Below are positions 27,082-36,137 of a stretch of DNA of 64,000 nucleotides, one piece after another. The position numbers were made by a program, and so were the translations under genes. The DNA is from an uncultured virus (IMG/VR IMGVR_UViG_3300032272_000004) (taxonomy: Duplodnaviria > Heunggongvirae > Uroviricota > Caudoviricetes). The stretch is taken from the IMG/VR virus record IMGVR_UViG_3300032272_000004; one strand, written 5' to 3'. A model generated the notes under the pieces. The model was not told the DNA's origin. It ran no database searches and worked only from the letters and a program-made list of their open reading frames with translations. Within the stretch, counting starts at the first letter, position 1. Each line of letters starts with the position of its first letter.

Positions 27082-27726
27082 CTACTTGGCCGACCGGCCC
27101 CAGCGCCAGCCCAAGTAGAGCGCGCCGGCGCCCAGCAGAAACCAAATCCCGGGGATTCCCGGGGATTCCCCCCGCGTCCAGGGCAGGAGCTGGGAGCGGA
27201 GCAGTTCCGGGCCCACACGGGCCACCTGGTCGATGTGCGCCTGGGCGTCATCACCGGGGGACTCGATCACGGTCGCGGCGGGGGCCACCCTTCGGAGGTA
27301 GGCGGCACAGTCTCCGGTGCTGCCGTAAGGGGGTTTGATAGCCGTAGCGGTGACCACCAGGGCGCGGTCGAAGTCAAGAGTCTGACCAAAGCGCACCACA
27401 CCCGACACCAGGCCGGGATCACACTGCCCCAGGGTGCTCCCCCCATGTAGGCCGTCCAGCAGGAGCAAACCGAGACGGGGGATCTCGGCGTCGTCGCCTC
27501 GACGTAGCCACGACCGCAGAGCAAACACACCAGCGCTCCAGGCGACGACCACGAGCGGCTCCTGGCCGTCCCAGCCGAGGTTGCGAGCCCAGTCGGCTAG
27601 CGAGGTCTGGGCCGCGAGGCTCTCGAAGGTCGAGCTCGCCCCGCCAACCGTTCCCTTGCCGACCCGGACGCCTTCGACCGCATAGGGTGTGGTGTTGCCG
27701 ATCTGCAGGGTCGCGACGAAGGTCAC
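27082..27726 (-). CDS. Alpha/beta-hydrolase-like protein with C-terminal TM anchor
   Basis: VVVAWSAG, LLLDGLH, late His; hydrophobic tail; similar to 4598-5347. Confidence 0.55.
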   Translation of the reverse strand: MTFVATLQIGNTTPYAVEGVRVGKGTVGGASSTFESLAAQTSLADWARNLGWDGQEPLVVVAWSAGVFALRSWLRRGDDAEIPRLGLLLLDGLHGGSTLGQCDPGLVSGVVRFGQTLDFDRALVVTATAIKPPYGSTGDCAAYLRRVAPAATVIESPGDDAQAHIDQVARVGPELLRSQLLPWTRGESPGIPGIWFLLGAGALYLGWRWGRSAK

Positions 27727-28064
27727 CGGACGCGGCGCCAGCGATGACCGCGCAGGTAGTCGAAGCCGAGCGCGATCCCGAGCGCTGCCAGGGTGATCGT
27801 AGCTGGGTGCCACGTCATCGGGTTCCAGTCGCCCAAGGCGGACGAGTTCCCCTGCGGCATCACGACGCCCTGCGCGCGCTCCCCGCGGCCGATGTGGCGG
27901 CCGTCGTTCGGCAGGCTGCGCCCCACCTCGACGCTCGGCACGCCCAGCGGCGTGCCCGGCCCCAGCTCGGGTACCGGGAGATCATCGGCCAGGCCGTGCA
28001 CCGAACTCGGCGCGTCGTAGTAGTCGTAGAGACCACTGCTCGGGTCGAAGCGGGAAAAGATCAT
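27723..28064 (-). CDS. Tail-anchored membrane protein
   Basis: C-terminal TM plus basic tail; ATGA coupling. Confidence 0.65.
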   Translation of the reverse strand: MIFSRFDPSSGLYDYYDAPSSVHGLADDLPVPELGPGTPLGVPSVEVGRSLPNDGRHIGRGERAQGVVMPQGNSSALGDWNPMTWHPATITLAALGIALGFDYLRGHRWRRVR

Positions 28065-28972
28065 AGTCGTGCCAGCTCCGTGCGCTTGCGAGCGGAGCGG
28101 GTTGCGCGTCCGCTCTGGGTGATGTTCCAGGCCACGGCCCCGCCCACGAGCACAGCCAGGCCGACAGCCGCCCACTTGAGCCCACTGCCGAGAGCGCGGG
28201 AAAAGTCGGCGAGGGGCGCCAGAGCGGACACCAGCGCCTGATTGGATGCGATGTTGTCCAGGGCCTTTGCGCAACCCGGACGCTCGGCTACGAATTTGCC
28301 ATCTTGGTCGAAGCAGGCCTTGTCCCGGAACTGGGCATCGCGGCTGCTCTGCACGAGCATGTAAATGAGGAAACAGACGATCGCGAGACCGAGCACGGCG
28401 CCGATGATGACTCCGGTGCTCGCCGTGATAGCCGCTCCGAGGCCCGAGGCGGGCGTGGCGGACGGCTTGTAGAGCACCTGCAGCAGTCCGATGCGGTCGG
28501 CTTCGATGACAGCTCCCAGGATCCCGTAGACGCGATCCGCGGCGGCCATGACCTGCTCAGGAGTCGCGAGACCTTCCTCCATCCAGCCCACCCAGATCAA
28601 GCTGGAGTGATCTCGGATGCCGAGCTCGCCGATGGCGTCCGTCATGGCGACCAGGGTCGAAAGCTGCTCCCGCGAAACGGTCAGCACCATCGAGACTGGC
28701 ACCACCGCAAAGGAGGCGTACTGCTCCCAGCTCGGGATCTCGGACCAGATCTCGTGGCCAATCCCCTGGACCACCTCCCGGACCAGGGAGAGATCCAGTT
28801 CCTGGTCGCGGTAGTTGGGTACATCCAGCTTCGAGAAGACCTGCAGAAACCGGACGTACTGCTCGAGCATTGGTTCCACGTAGGCACCGGACTGCACCGG
28901 TCCCAGCGTCGACCAGGGGAGACCCTGGATACCGGAGAGGGCGGCAAACCGCGGCATGCGATCATCGGCCAT
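28061..28972 (-). CDS. Membrane protein (2 TM)
   Basis: Two hydrophobic helices in the C-terminal half. Confidence 0.7.
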   Translation of the reverse strand: MADDRMPRFAALSGIQGLPWSTLGPVQSGAYVEPMLEQYVRFLQVFSKLDVPNYRDQELDLSLVREVVQGIGHEIWSEIPSWEQYASFAVVPVSMVLTVSREQLSTLVAMTDAIGELGIRDHSSLIWVGWMEEGLATPEQVMAAADRVYGILGAVIEADRIGLLQVLYKPSATPASGLGAAITASTGVIIGAVLGLAIVCFLIYMLVQSSRDAQFRDKACFDQDGKFVAERPGCAKALDNIASNQALVSALAPLADFSRALGSGLKWAAVGLAVLVGGAVAWNITQSGRATRSARKRTELARL

Positions 28973-29296
28973 CTACTTCCTTTCGGCCTGGTACCAGGCG
29001 TAGCTCGCCCAGCCCAAGCACAGCACCCCACCGGTGAGATACGCCCACCAGGGCACCTGATTGAACAGCGTCATGATGTTGCGGCTGGTACCCGAGTCCT
29101 GAGCGGACAGGTCCCCACCGAGACGCGCCTGGATCCAACTCGGCCCCGCGTTGACCGGGTCGTAGATCTCGGCGGCCACGAGAGTCGGCGCGTCGACGAC
29201 CCCCGTCGCTGGCAGCCCCTCGCGCTGCTGAAAGGCGCGCAGAGCTGCTGGCGTGGAGCCTCCGACCGCGGCCTGGAGCTGCTCCAGATGGCTCAC
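28973..29296 (-). CDS. Peptidoglycan-binding (PGBD-like) protein with C-terminal TM
   Basis: ALRAFQQREGLPATGVVDAPT. Confidence 0.75.
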   Translation of the reverse strand: MSHLEQLQAAVGGSTPAALRAFQQREGLPATGVVDAPTLVAAEIYDPVNAGPSWIQARLGGDLSAQDSGTSRNIMTLFNQVPWWAYLTGGVLCLGWASYAWYQAERK

Positions 29297-29865
29297 CGAC
29301 GCTTCCTCCACCAGTTGACGGCGAGGTAGCCGGCGGCGCCGGCGGCGCCCACCCACAAGGCCGTCTTCCAACCGGGCGTCCCGACCGAGCCGATCTGCGC
29401 GCAGGCCGGTACCGTCGCGGACAGGCACTCGGTATCGGCCGGAAGGAAACGAGCGACCAGCGACTCGTAAGTCGGCCGCTCACCGTAGGCGTCCACGTAG
29501 GCCGCGCAGAGCGCCTCACTGAAGGTCCCGCTGGCCAAGTGCGGCTCGAGGTAGCCGGTCGTGACGAGCTCGGCTTCGATGGCGTCCGTGAGCGCACTCG
29601 CCGTGAAGTCGCAGACCCCGATGATCTTCACCTCGGGCTGCGTGGTCACCCCCTCGGGCGTGGTTTCGGCGGGTGCCGGGTCGACCGGCGTAGGCGTGCT
29701 CTCGTCCGCGCCCAAGCTCCCCGGGAACGGGTTGAACACCCGCTGATCGTAGGGGGAGAACTGGTCGGAAACGTCCTGCCAGCTGACGCGGCTATACGCA
29801 CCGACGCCCTGGAGCTGGTCGAGCGACTCCTGCGAATTGAGATTGGACATATCGAGCCACTGCAT
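29293..29865 (-). CDS. Tail-anchored protein, possible PGBD-like helix pair
   Basis: IEAELVTTGYL..SGTFSEALCAA; TM then WWRKRR. Confidence 0.6.
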   Translation of the reverse strand: MQWLDMSNLNSQESLDQLQGVGAYSRVSWQDVSDQFSPYDQRVFNPFPGSLGADESTPTPVDPAPAETTPEGVTTQPEVKIIGVCDFTASALTDAIEAELVTTGYLEPHLASGTFSEALCAAYVDAYGERPTYESLVARFLPADTECLSATVPACAQIGSVGTPGWKTALWVGAAGAAGYLAVNWWRKRR

Positions 29866-29872
29866 GGGGACC

Positions 29873-30880
29873 TCAGACTTTCTTGCTCAACCAGTAGCCG
29901 CCACCAACGAGTGCGGCCAAGCCGGCTGCCACGAGCACCCCCTTCATGCCGCCGCTCATGCCGGCCTGGACGACTGGCGGAGGCTCCACGATCGGACCAC
30001 CGCCACCGCCGCCGCCACCGCCGCCGCCGCCCCCCGGGGTCTCACCGCGGGGAGGGTTGGGGACCGGCTTGTTTTCTGCACACCGCCCCGGAAGGGGAGC
30101 GGGATGGCCCGCGCAGGGTCCCGGGATACCGACAGATCCGGTTTCACGCTGGTAGAGCGTCATGGCGCCGCAAGTCTCGCTGCCGAGTTTGCCGTCGACC
30201 GAAATCGGGCACCAGCCCATCGAACGGGCGAACACGTTGTAGTCGGCCTGCAAGACTGCGGTATCGGTCGTTTTGACGCCCCAGATGTACCCCTTGGGGG
30301 TAGCGGGGGTCTCGGCCGGACCGCATTTCTGCGGAGGAGTCGAGCCCTGGCAGGTGCCCGGGTGACCACCGGTCTGAGCCTTGATCGCCCCACAAGTGGC
30401 GGGCCCGAGCTTGCCGTCCTCGGTGATGGTGCACAGGCCTTGGTTGACGGCCCAGACGTTGAAGTTGCGCTGCGCGTGCTCGGTGTTGGGGCTCCACTGT
30501 TTCCAGGGGAATGCGTCTGCAGCGCCCAAGCCCGCGGCGGGACGATGCACCAGCCGAGCATTCCGGAGAGCCCGAGTGCGTCCGCCCGAAGTCACGCGGC
30601 CCCGATGCACCGCAATCGAGGCCGGCGGATGAATCTCCCGGGTGCCCTGGGCGGTCTGCTCGTAGAGCGGGTAGCCCACACCGGAGATCGGAGTGGGACT
30701 CGACTCGGGAGCGCCCTGAAAGTACTCGCCGAGGCCCGCGACAGCGCGCGGAGCGCTCTCGAAGTACTCGCCCATGCCTTGCATCGAGCCGTCGAAGATG
30801 CCGCCGCCCTGACCTTGCGGTCCGAACACGCCACCCATTTCCGGGGTTTTCAACAGCACCTGTCGTCCGTAATTGCTCAT
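29873..30880 (-). CDS. Protein with two PGBD-like repeats, poly-Gly linker and C-terminal TM
   Basis: ITEDGKLGPATCGAI and ISVDGKLGSETCGAM; GGAG RBS. Confidence 0.75.
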   Translation of the reverse strand: MSNYGRQVLLKTPEMGGVFGPQGQGGGIFDGSMQGMGEYFESAPRAVAGLGEYFQGAPESSPTPISGVGYPLYEQTAQGTREIHPPASIAVHRGRVTSGGRTRALRNARLVHRPAAGLGAADAFPWKQWSPNTEHAQRNFNVWAVNQGLCTITEDGKLGPATCGAIKAQTGGHPGTCQGSTPPQKCGPAETPATPKGYIWGVKTTDTAVLQADYNVFARSMGWCPISVDGKLGSETCGAMTLYQRETGSVGIPGPCAGHPAPLPGRCAENKPVPNPPRGETPGGGGGGGGGGGGGPIVEPPPVVQAGMSGGMKGVLVAAGLAALVGGGYWLSKKV

Positions 30881-30929
30881 GGTATTTCTCCGTATCCTGG
30901 CGCGGACGCAGCCGGCCGATGTCTTGCCC

Positions 30930-31805
30930 TTAGAAAACCCTCGTGACGGGGCATCCCGAACTGTCGAGCACGTCCGCCTTGAACTGGGCGCTGTAGGCTC
31001 CAGCGCCCGCGCCGGCGAGAAGCCCCACCGCAGCTCCGACCCAGCCGCCGAGGTAGTAGCCGACCGCGCCGCCGAGCGTCCCCGCCACCCCACCACGCAC
31101 CATCGCGTCGCGCTTGGCGTCGTAGGGGTGGTACGGATCGCGACCCGCGATGCAGGCGCATTTCATCGCCGCCTCGAAGGCCTCCACGGCAGCATCCGCG
31201 TCCGTGTCGACCGAGGCCTCGAGGGAGCGAGTGATCACGTCGTCGGGCACCCCACAGCCTGCGGCTGTTTCGTGCAAATAGGCGACCCGCTCCAGGTGCT
31301 CCGGGGTAACCCGACCGCTCCCGAGCGTGCGGTGCATGCTCGTCGCGGACCGCGTCAGCGGGTTTCCAAGATCATCGTCGTAGGCCTTGATGGCTTGCTC
31401 GTTGCGAGTGTGGTTCGTGGCGGCGCCAGCGACCAGAAGCCGGTCGAGGGCTCGGCGCCGCTCCAGATCGGTGACTCCGTTTTGCCGGGCGGCAGCATCG
31501 AAGGCTGCAACGATCGCGGCTTGGCGCTGCGGACCGGATGCCGAAAGGCCGTTCACCGTAAACCCGTAGCGCTTCAGGTACGCCGTCCCGGCCGCAATCA
31601 CGTCGGTCGCTCCCAGCCCATTGACGGCGCCGCCCCACACCATGGCGGGGTTGCGCACGTTCACCCAGGGGGTCCACATGGGCCGGGTGTAGTCCGGACC
31701 CTTGTAGACGGACGGGTACGGCACCACGGCCGGCACAAACGGGTTGGGGACACCCTCCGGGGTGCTGGCGGGGTCGTAGCCACTGAGACCGATCAGCTTG
31801 CTCAT
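30930..31805 (-). CDS. Membrane protein with glycine-zipper C-terminus
   Basis: GGVAGTLGGAVGYYLGGWVGAAVGLLAG. Confidence 0.65.
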   Translation of the reverse strand: MSKLIGLSGYDPASTPEGVPNPFVPAVVPYPSVYKGPDYTRPMWTPWVNVRNPAMVWGGAVNGLGATDVIAAGTAYLKRYGFTVNGLSASGPQRQAAIVAAFDAAARQNGVTDLERRRALDRLLVAGAATNHTRNEQAIKAYDDDLGNPLTRSATSMHRTLGSGRVTPEHLERVAYLHETAAGCGVPDDVITRSLEASVDTDADAAVEAFEAAMKCACIAGRDPYHPYDAKRDAMVRGGVAGTLGGAVGYYLGGWVGAAVGLLAGAGAGAYSAQFKADVLDSSGCPVTRVF

Positions 31806-32494
31806 CGTCGAGCCCGTTTCGGCGTCTGCAGCGTCGCAAACAGGATCCCGAGCGCCGTGCCCGCGATGGCTGCGGCAGCCACGTACTGTCCCGTGGTGAG
31901 CCCCGGAGGCGACGCCACCGGCGTCTCACCGACCGCCCAGCCACCCTGGTGCGGGATGACGGTGCTCTCGGCTTGGGCCGCTCGACCACCCGTGGTGGGC
32001 ATGCCGGGCTCGTAGAGCTGCAGGGTGTTCAGGACATCGGCCGTGCGCTGGTCCCAGTGCACGGCGTTGCCCGGCACGTAGACGACGGGCTTGCCGGTGT
32101 TGACGTCGATCACCTCGGAGGGCTTGAAGAACTGCTCCCGAGCGAGGTAGCCGGGCTGGGCGTAGCGGCTGGCGAAGACGCCCGCGTCCGGATGGATCGT
32201 GGGGCGGGTGCCCTCGGGGTCGAAAATGCCGTTGCCCACGACGTCGTCGAGGTGCGGCAACACTTCGAGCTCGTTCGCGTAAACCGGGATGTCGTCCATG
32301 CTCGCATCGGCACCCTCGCCGATCGGTTTCGAGGGCGTGGTGTCGGAGCCCAGGCTGCCGAGCGTGCGCCCGCCGACCTGCCCCCACACATCCCAGATGG
32401 TGTTGTGCTGGCCGGGCAGCGTGTCCATCGGACCGAAGTAGGCCGGGACGTTGCCCGAGTTCGGCTGAGACGGGTGAACGGGGTATTTCATCAT
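31802..32494 (-). CDS. Tail-anchored membrane protein
   Basis: AGGAG RBS; C-terminal TM plus basic tail. Confidence 0.7.
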   Translation of the reverse strand: MMKYPVHPSQPNSGNVPAYFGPMDTLPGQHNTIWDVWGQVGGRTLGSLGSDTTPSKPIGEGADASMDDIPVYANELEVLPHLDDVVGNGIFDPEGTRPTIHPDAGVFASRYAQPGYLAREQFFKPSEVIDVNTGKPVVYVPGNAVHWDQRTADVLNTLQLYEPGMPTTGGRAAQAESTVIPHQGGWAVGETPVASPPGLTTGQYVAAAAIAGTALGILFATLQTPKRARR

Positions 32495-33219
32495 CGGATG
32501 GCTCCTCGGCGGAAGTACTGGATGGCCGCCGTGCGCGGCCGACGGGGATCGTAGGTGAGAGGGCCACCCCGAGGGGCAGCGCCATAGGGAGGTGCGGTCG
32601 GCACCCAGTTGCCCACGCCAGCGGTTGGGCTAGCGGCGGGGGCAGCAGCTCGCACGCCTGGAGGGCCCGCGTGCTCGTCGAGTGGCCAGATCTGGTGCGT
32701 CTGGATGCGGCGGGCCATCCCCCCCTCGTCCGACCCAGCGACCGGGTCGCAGATGATCCACTGGCCGGTCTTGGGCTCCTGGAGGCGGGCGAAGACGTGA
32801 GAGAAGTCGCCGGGGCCCCCGAAGCCGACCACGACAAAATCGGCATTCCGGCCAATCTGGAGCCCCATTGTGCCGATCAGCTGCGCAATCTCGTCACAAT
32901 CTGCCGAAGTCGACCCCAAAGTGGCGATTTCCCAGGCCATGCGCTCGGGGTCCTTGATGCGCTCGATATGCAGGGGGTCGTTGACGTAGCGCACCCGGGC
33001 GAGCGCGAAGTTGCGGATCGCCAGGATCTCTCCGAGGTAGTCTTTCGGGCGCAGCCCGGAGGTCACCTGCTCGGTCAGAAACCGGACGGTTTGGCTCTGT
33101 TCGCCCCGCGGACCCCAGGTCTGCTCACGCATACGCTGGAGCGTATCCGGACTGCCCCGGAAGCTCTGCATTCGTGTGGGAGCTGTCGCTCCGACTGACC
33201 AGTCACGGGATGCACGCAT
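32491..33219 (-). CDS. Transglutaminase-like (papain-fold) cysteine protease
   Basis: VRYVNDP..E..DP, ADCDE (Cys), FSHVF (His), WIICDPV (Asp). Confidence 0.8.
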   Translation of the reverse strand: MRASRDWSVGATAPTRMQSFRGSPDTLQRMREQTWGPRGEQSQTVRFLTEQVTSGLRPKDYLGEILAIRNFALARVRYVNDPLHIERIKDPERMAWEIATLGSTSADCDEIAQLIGTMGLQIGRNADFVVVGFGGPGDFSHVFARLQEPKTGQWIICDPVAGSDEGGMARRIQTHQIWPLDEHAGPPGVRAAAPAASPTAGVGNWVPTAPPYGAAPRGGPLTYDPRRPRTAAIQYFRRGAIR

Positions 33220-33330
33220 ACCTATACCCTAGCGGGTACGTCGGGGGCGGCCCTCTGGGAAATGTACTAGGACCCGGGCCTCGACTCAAGCGCCGCGACA
33301 CGCAAGGCTTTTCTGCGCTATCTTCGCCCC

Positions 33331-34728
33331 ATGAAGGAACGGGGCGGCCGAAGTCGATTTGGGGGACCCGAGGGCTCTGCGTGGGTCGAAAATCCTCCCA
33401 CACGGTACGCCGTGGTGGGCGATGACGGAGAAGTACTCGACGTCGAAAGCACTCGGGATGGTGCGGCCAACCGCGCCGAACGGCGAGCCGGGTCTCCGGA
33501 TCGCGTCTGGCTGGATGCTGATTTTCCCGACGAAGTGCTCCAAGGGGCCGATTTTACCCCCAACCCGGTCGATGCCGAGCTCGCCTGGAAGCGAATGGGC
33601 AATCTGCGCATCGAGCAGGCCGAGGTCGACCAGATCAGCCCCGAAGAGGTGGTGCGGGAACTGGCACAGTTTCTTCCGACCGAGCGCCAAGGCAAACCGG
33701 TCACCCGCTACCAGAGCTGGGATGGCATGCGGGAAGCGCTCCTCGGACAGAACTACAAGACCGAAAAGAGCGACCCGGGCCGCGGGCTCCCCGCGATCGA
33801 CGTCAAGGGCCTGAGTCTGCTCCCCAACCACACCTGGCCGATGGTGCTCACCGGAGCCAAGACCCTGGGAGCTGCCCGGCGCAAGCTCGACAGTGAGGAC
33901 GCGATCTGGGAGGACGTCAACACCTGCGTTGGCGCCTCCAAGGAGTGTGCCCAGAGCTGTCTCGTCTACTCCGGGCGCAACACCGCCGACGTCTACAATG
34001 CAGTCATCAAGGCGGGGCGCATGGCAGCTCTGCTGCACCGTCCGGCTCACTTCGGGCGCTGGCTGTTTGCCAACTGCGCGGCTCACGCGGGCCTGTGCGA
34101 GGGCGGGCGAGCTCGCCACCGGCCCATCGGGGGCGCCTGGAGCGACCAGCCCGTGCCGCTCGTGCGGCTCAATGTTTTCTCCGACATTCCCTGGGAGCTG
34201 GTCTATCCGGGACTCTTCGAGCAGATGCCCGGACTGCAGTTCTACGACTACACCAAGGTGCCCGGGCGGGACGTCCCCGAAAACTACGACCTGACCTTCT
34301 CCTACTCGGGCCGCAACCTGCAGGCGACCGCCCAGGAGCTGGAGCGAGGCACACGCTGCGCGGTCGTCTTCCTCACGGGTAAGCACAAGCTCCCCGAGAG
34401 CTGGAGCTTCATGGGGCACGAGTACCCCGTCATCGACGGCGACGTCAGCGACGCGCGACCCTTCGACGAGGGCGGCGTGGTGGTCGGGCTCTCCTACAAG
34501 TTCCCACGGGTCGGCAAGAAAAAGGCCGCGCTCGTGCGCAAGAACGTCTTCGTGGTGCCGGTGCACGAGATCGGCGGCGAGCTGGTCGCACCTGTGATTC
34601 CCCGCGCGGAGCCCGGCGTCGACGACGACCAGGATCTCATCAGCCGCCAGGCTGCCGCCCACGTCTCGCCGGAGTTCCGGATGTACCTGAACGATCTGCG
34701 GCGCTACACGCTGCCGGTCGCGGACTAG
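33331..34728 (+). CDS. GP88-like phage protein
   Basis: NTCVGASKECAQSCL, VRLNVFSDIPWE, QFYDYTK, NYDLTFSYS, VIDGD.SDARPFD, VVGL. Confidence 0.75.
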   Translation: MKERGGRSRFGGPEGSAWVENPPTRYAVVGDDGEVLDVESTRDGAANRAERRAGSPDRVWLDADFPDEVLQGADFTPNPVDAELAWKRMGNLRIEQAEVDQISPEEVVRELAQFLPTERQGKPVTRYQSWDGMREALLGQNYKTEKSDPGRGLPAIDVKGLSLLPNHTWPMVLTGAKTLGAARRKLDSEDAIWEDVNTCVGASKECAQSCLVYSGRNTADVYNAVIKAGRMAALLHRPAHFGRWLFANCAAHAGLCEGGRARHRPIGGAWSDQPVPLVRLNVFSDIPWELVYPGLFEQMPGLQFYDYTKVPGRDVPENYDLTFSYSGRNLQATAQELERGTRCAVVFLTGKHKLPESWSFMGHEYPVIDGDVSDARPFDEGGVVVGLSYKFPRVGKKKAALVRKNVFVVPVHEIGGELVAPVIPRAEPGVDDDQDLISRQAAAHVSPEFRMYLNDLRRYTLPVAD

Positions 34729-35054
34729 GCCGCAACTCGAAGGCGGTATCTGCGCACCGCACCATCGGCCCAGCCGGCGGCCTCGTCACCACTCATGGTC
34801 GCGTAGCCCACCACCATTTTTGTGTAGGTCTTTCCCCACAGCGTCCTCTCGACTTCGTTGTGAGACTGACTAGCCCGAAGGCGGTATCTGCGCACCGCAC
34901 CATCGGCCCAGCCGGCGGCCTCGTCACCAGTGGTGGCTGGATAGCGCACCGCCATTGCAACGTAGATCTCTCGCCACAGCTCGTCCTCGAACTGATTGTC
35001 AAATCCGGTCGGGGCGGCGTTCTCCCGATAGGGTTTCTCAGTGCAGGTCGCCAT
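34725..35054 (-). CDS. Hypothetical protein with internal 46-aa duplication
   Basis: GDEAAGWADGAVRRYRLR occurs twice. Confidence 0.6.
   Translation of the reverse strand: MATCTEKPYRENAAPTGFDNQFEDELWREIYVAMAVRYPATTGDEAAGWADGAVRRYRLRASQSHNEVERTLWGKTYTKMVVGYATMSGDEAAGWADGAVRRYRLRVAA
34738..34929. repeat. 54-bp perfect direct repeat, 138-bp period
   Basis: 34738-34791 is identical to 34876-34929. Confidence 0.9.
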
Positions 35055-35058
35055 TGAG

Positions 35059-35607
35059 CTAGCCGCCTTCGCGGTTGATGAAGTCCTCGCCGGGCCACCC
35101 GGAGCGCTCGCCGAGTTGCTCGGTAAACATGCCGTCGAGGCGTTGCGCTTCCTTGACTCGGTCGTCCCAGTTTTCGAGGAGACCCTCCAGCGCAACCTTT
35201 ACCCGCTCCGGGCGAGCCACTCGAAACAGCGAGCCCACGAACGACGCGAGCATGCCCCTCACGCTGTTGGTGTACAGGGTCTGCCTCACGAACGGACTGT
35301 CCTCCGGATCCTCCTCGGCAAGATGCAGCTCCTTCAGCTGAGCTTCCAAGGCATCGATTTTGCTGCGAGGGGCCCAACCGGCAACCGTCTCATTCAGGAT
35401 GATGACGTACCGGTCCGCCAGGTTGACCGGCACGTTCTGCCCGGGCTCACCCGGGTAGGCCGGATTTGGACGAATGCCTTCGTAGACCCCGTCGTCGACG
35501 TCGGCAAACTCTCCCACCCTGAAGCGACTGGAGAAGTCGCGGCTGCCGGGGGTCTTGATCTGCACGATCACCCCGTCAGCGCACTCTATTTCAGTAAACA
35601 ATCCCAT
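35059..35607 (-). CDS. Hypothetical protein
   Basis: GGAGGAG RBS; TGATG coupling; N-terminus similar to 52919-53230 (MGL.T.I.CADG...QIKT). Confidence 0.65.
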   Translation of the reverse strand: MGLFTEIECADGVIVQIKTPGSRDFSSRFRVGEFADVDDGVYEGIRPNPAYPGEPGQNVPVNLADRYVIILNETVAGWAPRSKIDALEAQLKELHLAEEDPEDSPFVRQTLYTNSVRGMLASFVGSLFRVARPERVKVALEGLLENWDDRVKEAQRLDGMFTEQLGERSGWPGEDFINREGG

Positions 35608-36137
35608 CAGGGCATCTCCTCCCAATCGGTGGCGAAGTAGTCAGCCAGGTTGAGGGTCGGCCCCTCGATCACGCCCCCCGGGGAGGCCTTCAGAAACACG
35701 GCCTTCATCCAGCCGCGTTTCCGTACTCGACGCCCTAGAACCATCCGCTTGGCGGCCCACTCCCAGGTGCCCTCAGTCAGCTTGGACCGCGCCTCGTCGG
35801 AAGACTCGTCGAGCGTCGGCATTTCCTTCCGCCAGTGATCCGCATGGCGGGTAAACAGGTAGTCGCAAAAGGCACGAGTGTCTGCCGCAATGTCCAAGTG
35901 CTTCTGATCCACCAGGTGGATCAGCAAGCGCAGCGCCACCGTGGCGACCTGGGACGCCTCCATGGCGATGGCCGCCGGGGCGCGGTCCTTCGACTTCTTC
36001 TTGATCTCGTCCCAGAGTTCGTCGAGTTCCTCTTTCAGGACACCGTAGGCATGGTGGAGGTTGAGAAGCGGACCGTGCATGCCTTCGACACGTTCCAGCT
36101 CCTGCACCACGAGTGCGAGTGCGTCCTCGCGCTTCAC
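35607..36137 (-). CDS. MazG-like pyrophosphatase domain fused to a DUF2829/Tad2-like domain
   Basis: VLKEELDELWDEIKK..EASQVA (EExxE..E); WEWAAKRMVLGRRVRKRGW..DYFATDWE. Confidence 0.65.
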   Translation of the reverse strand: MKREDALALVVQELERVEGMHGPLLNLHHAYGVLKEELDELWDEIKKKSKDRAPAAIAMEASQVATVALRLLIHLVDQKHLDIAADTRAFCDYLFTRHADHWRKEMPTLDESSDEARSKLTEGTWEWAAKRMVLGRRVRKRGWMKAVFLKASPGGVIEGPTLNLADYFATDWEEMP

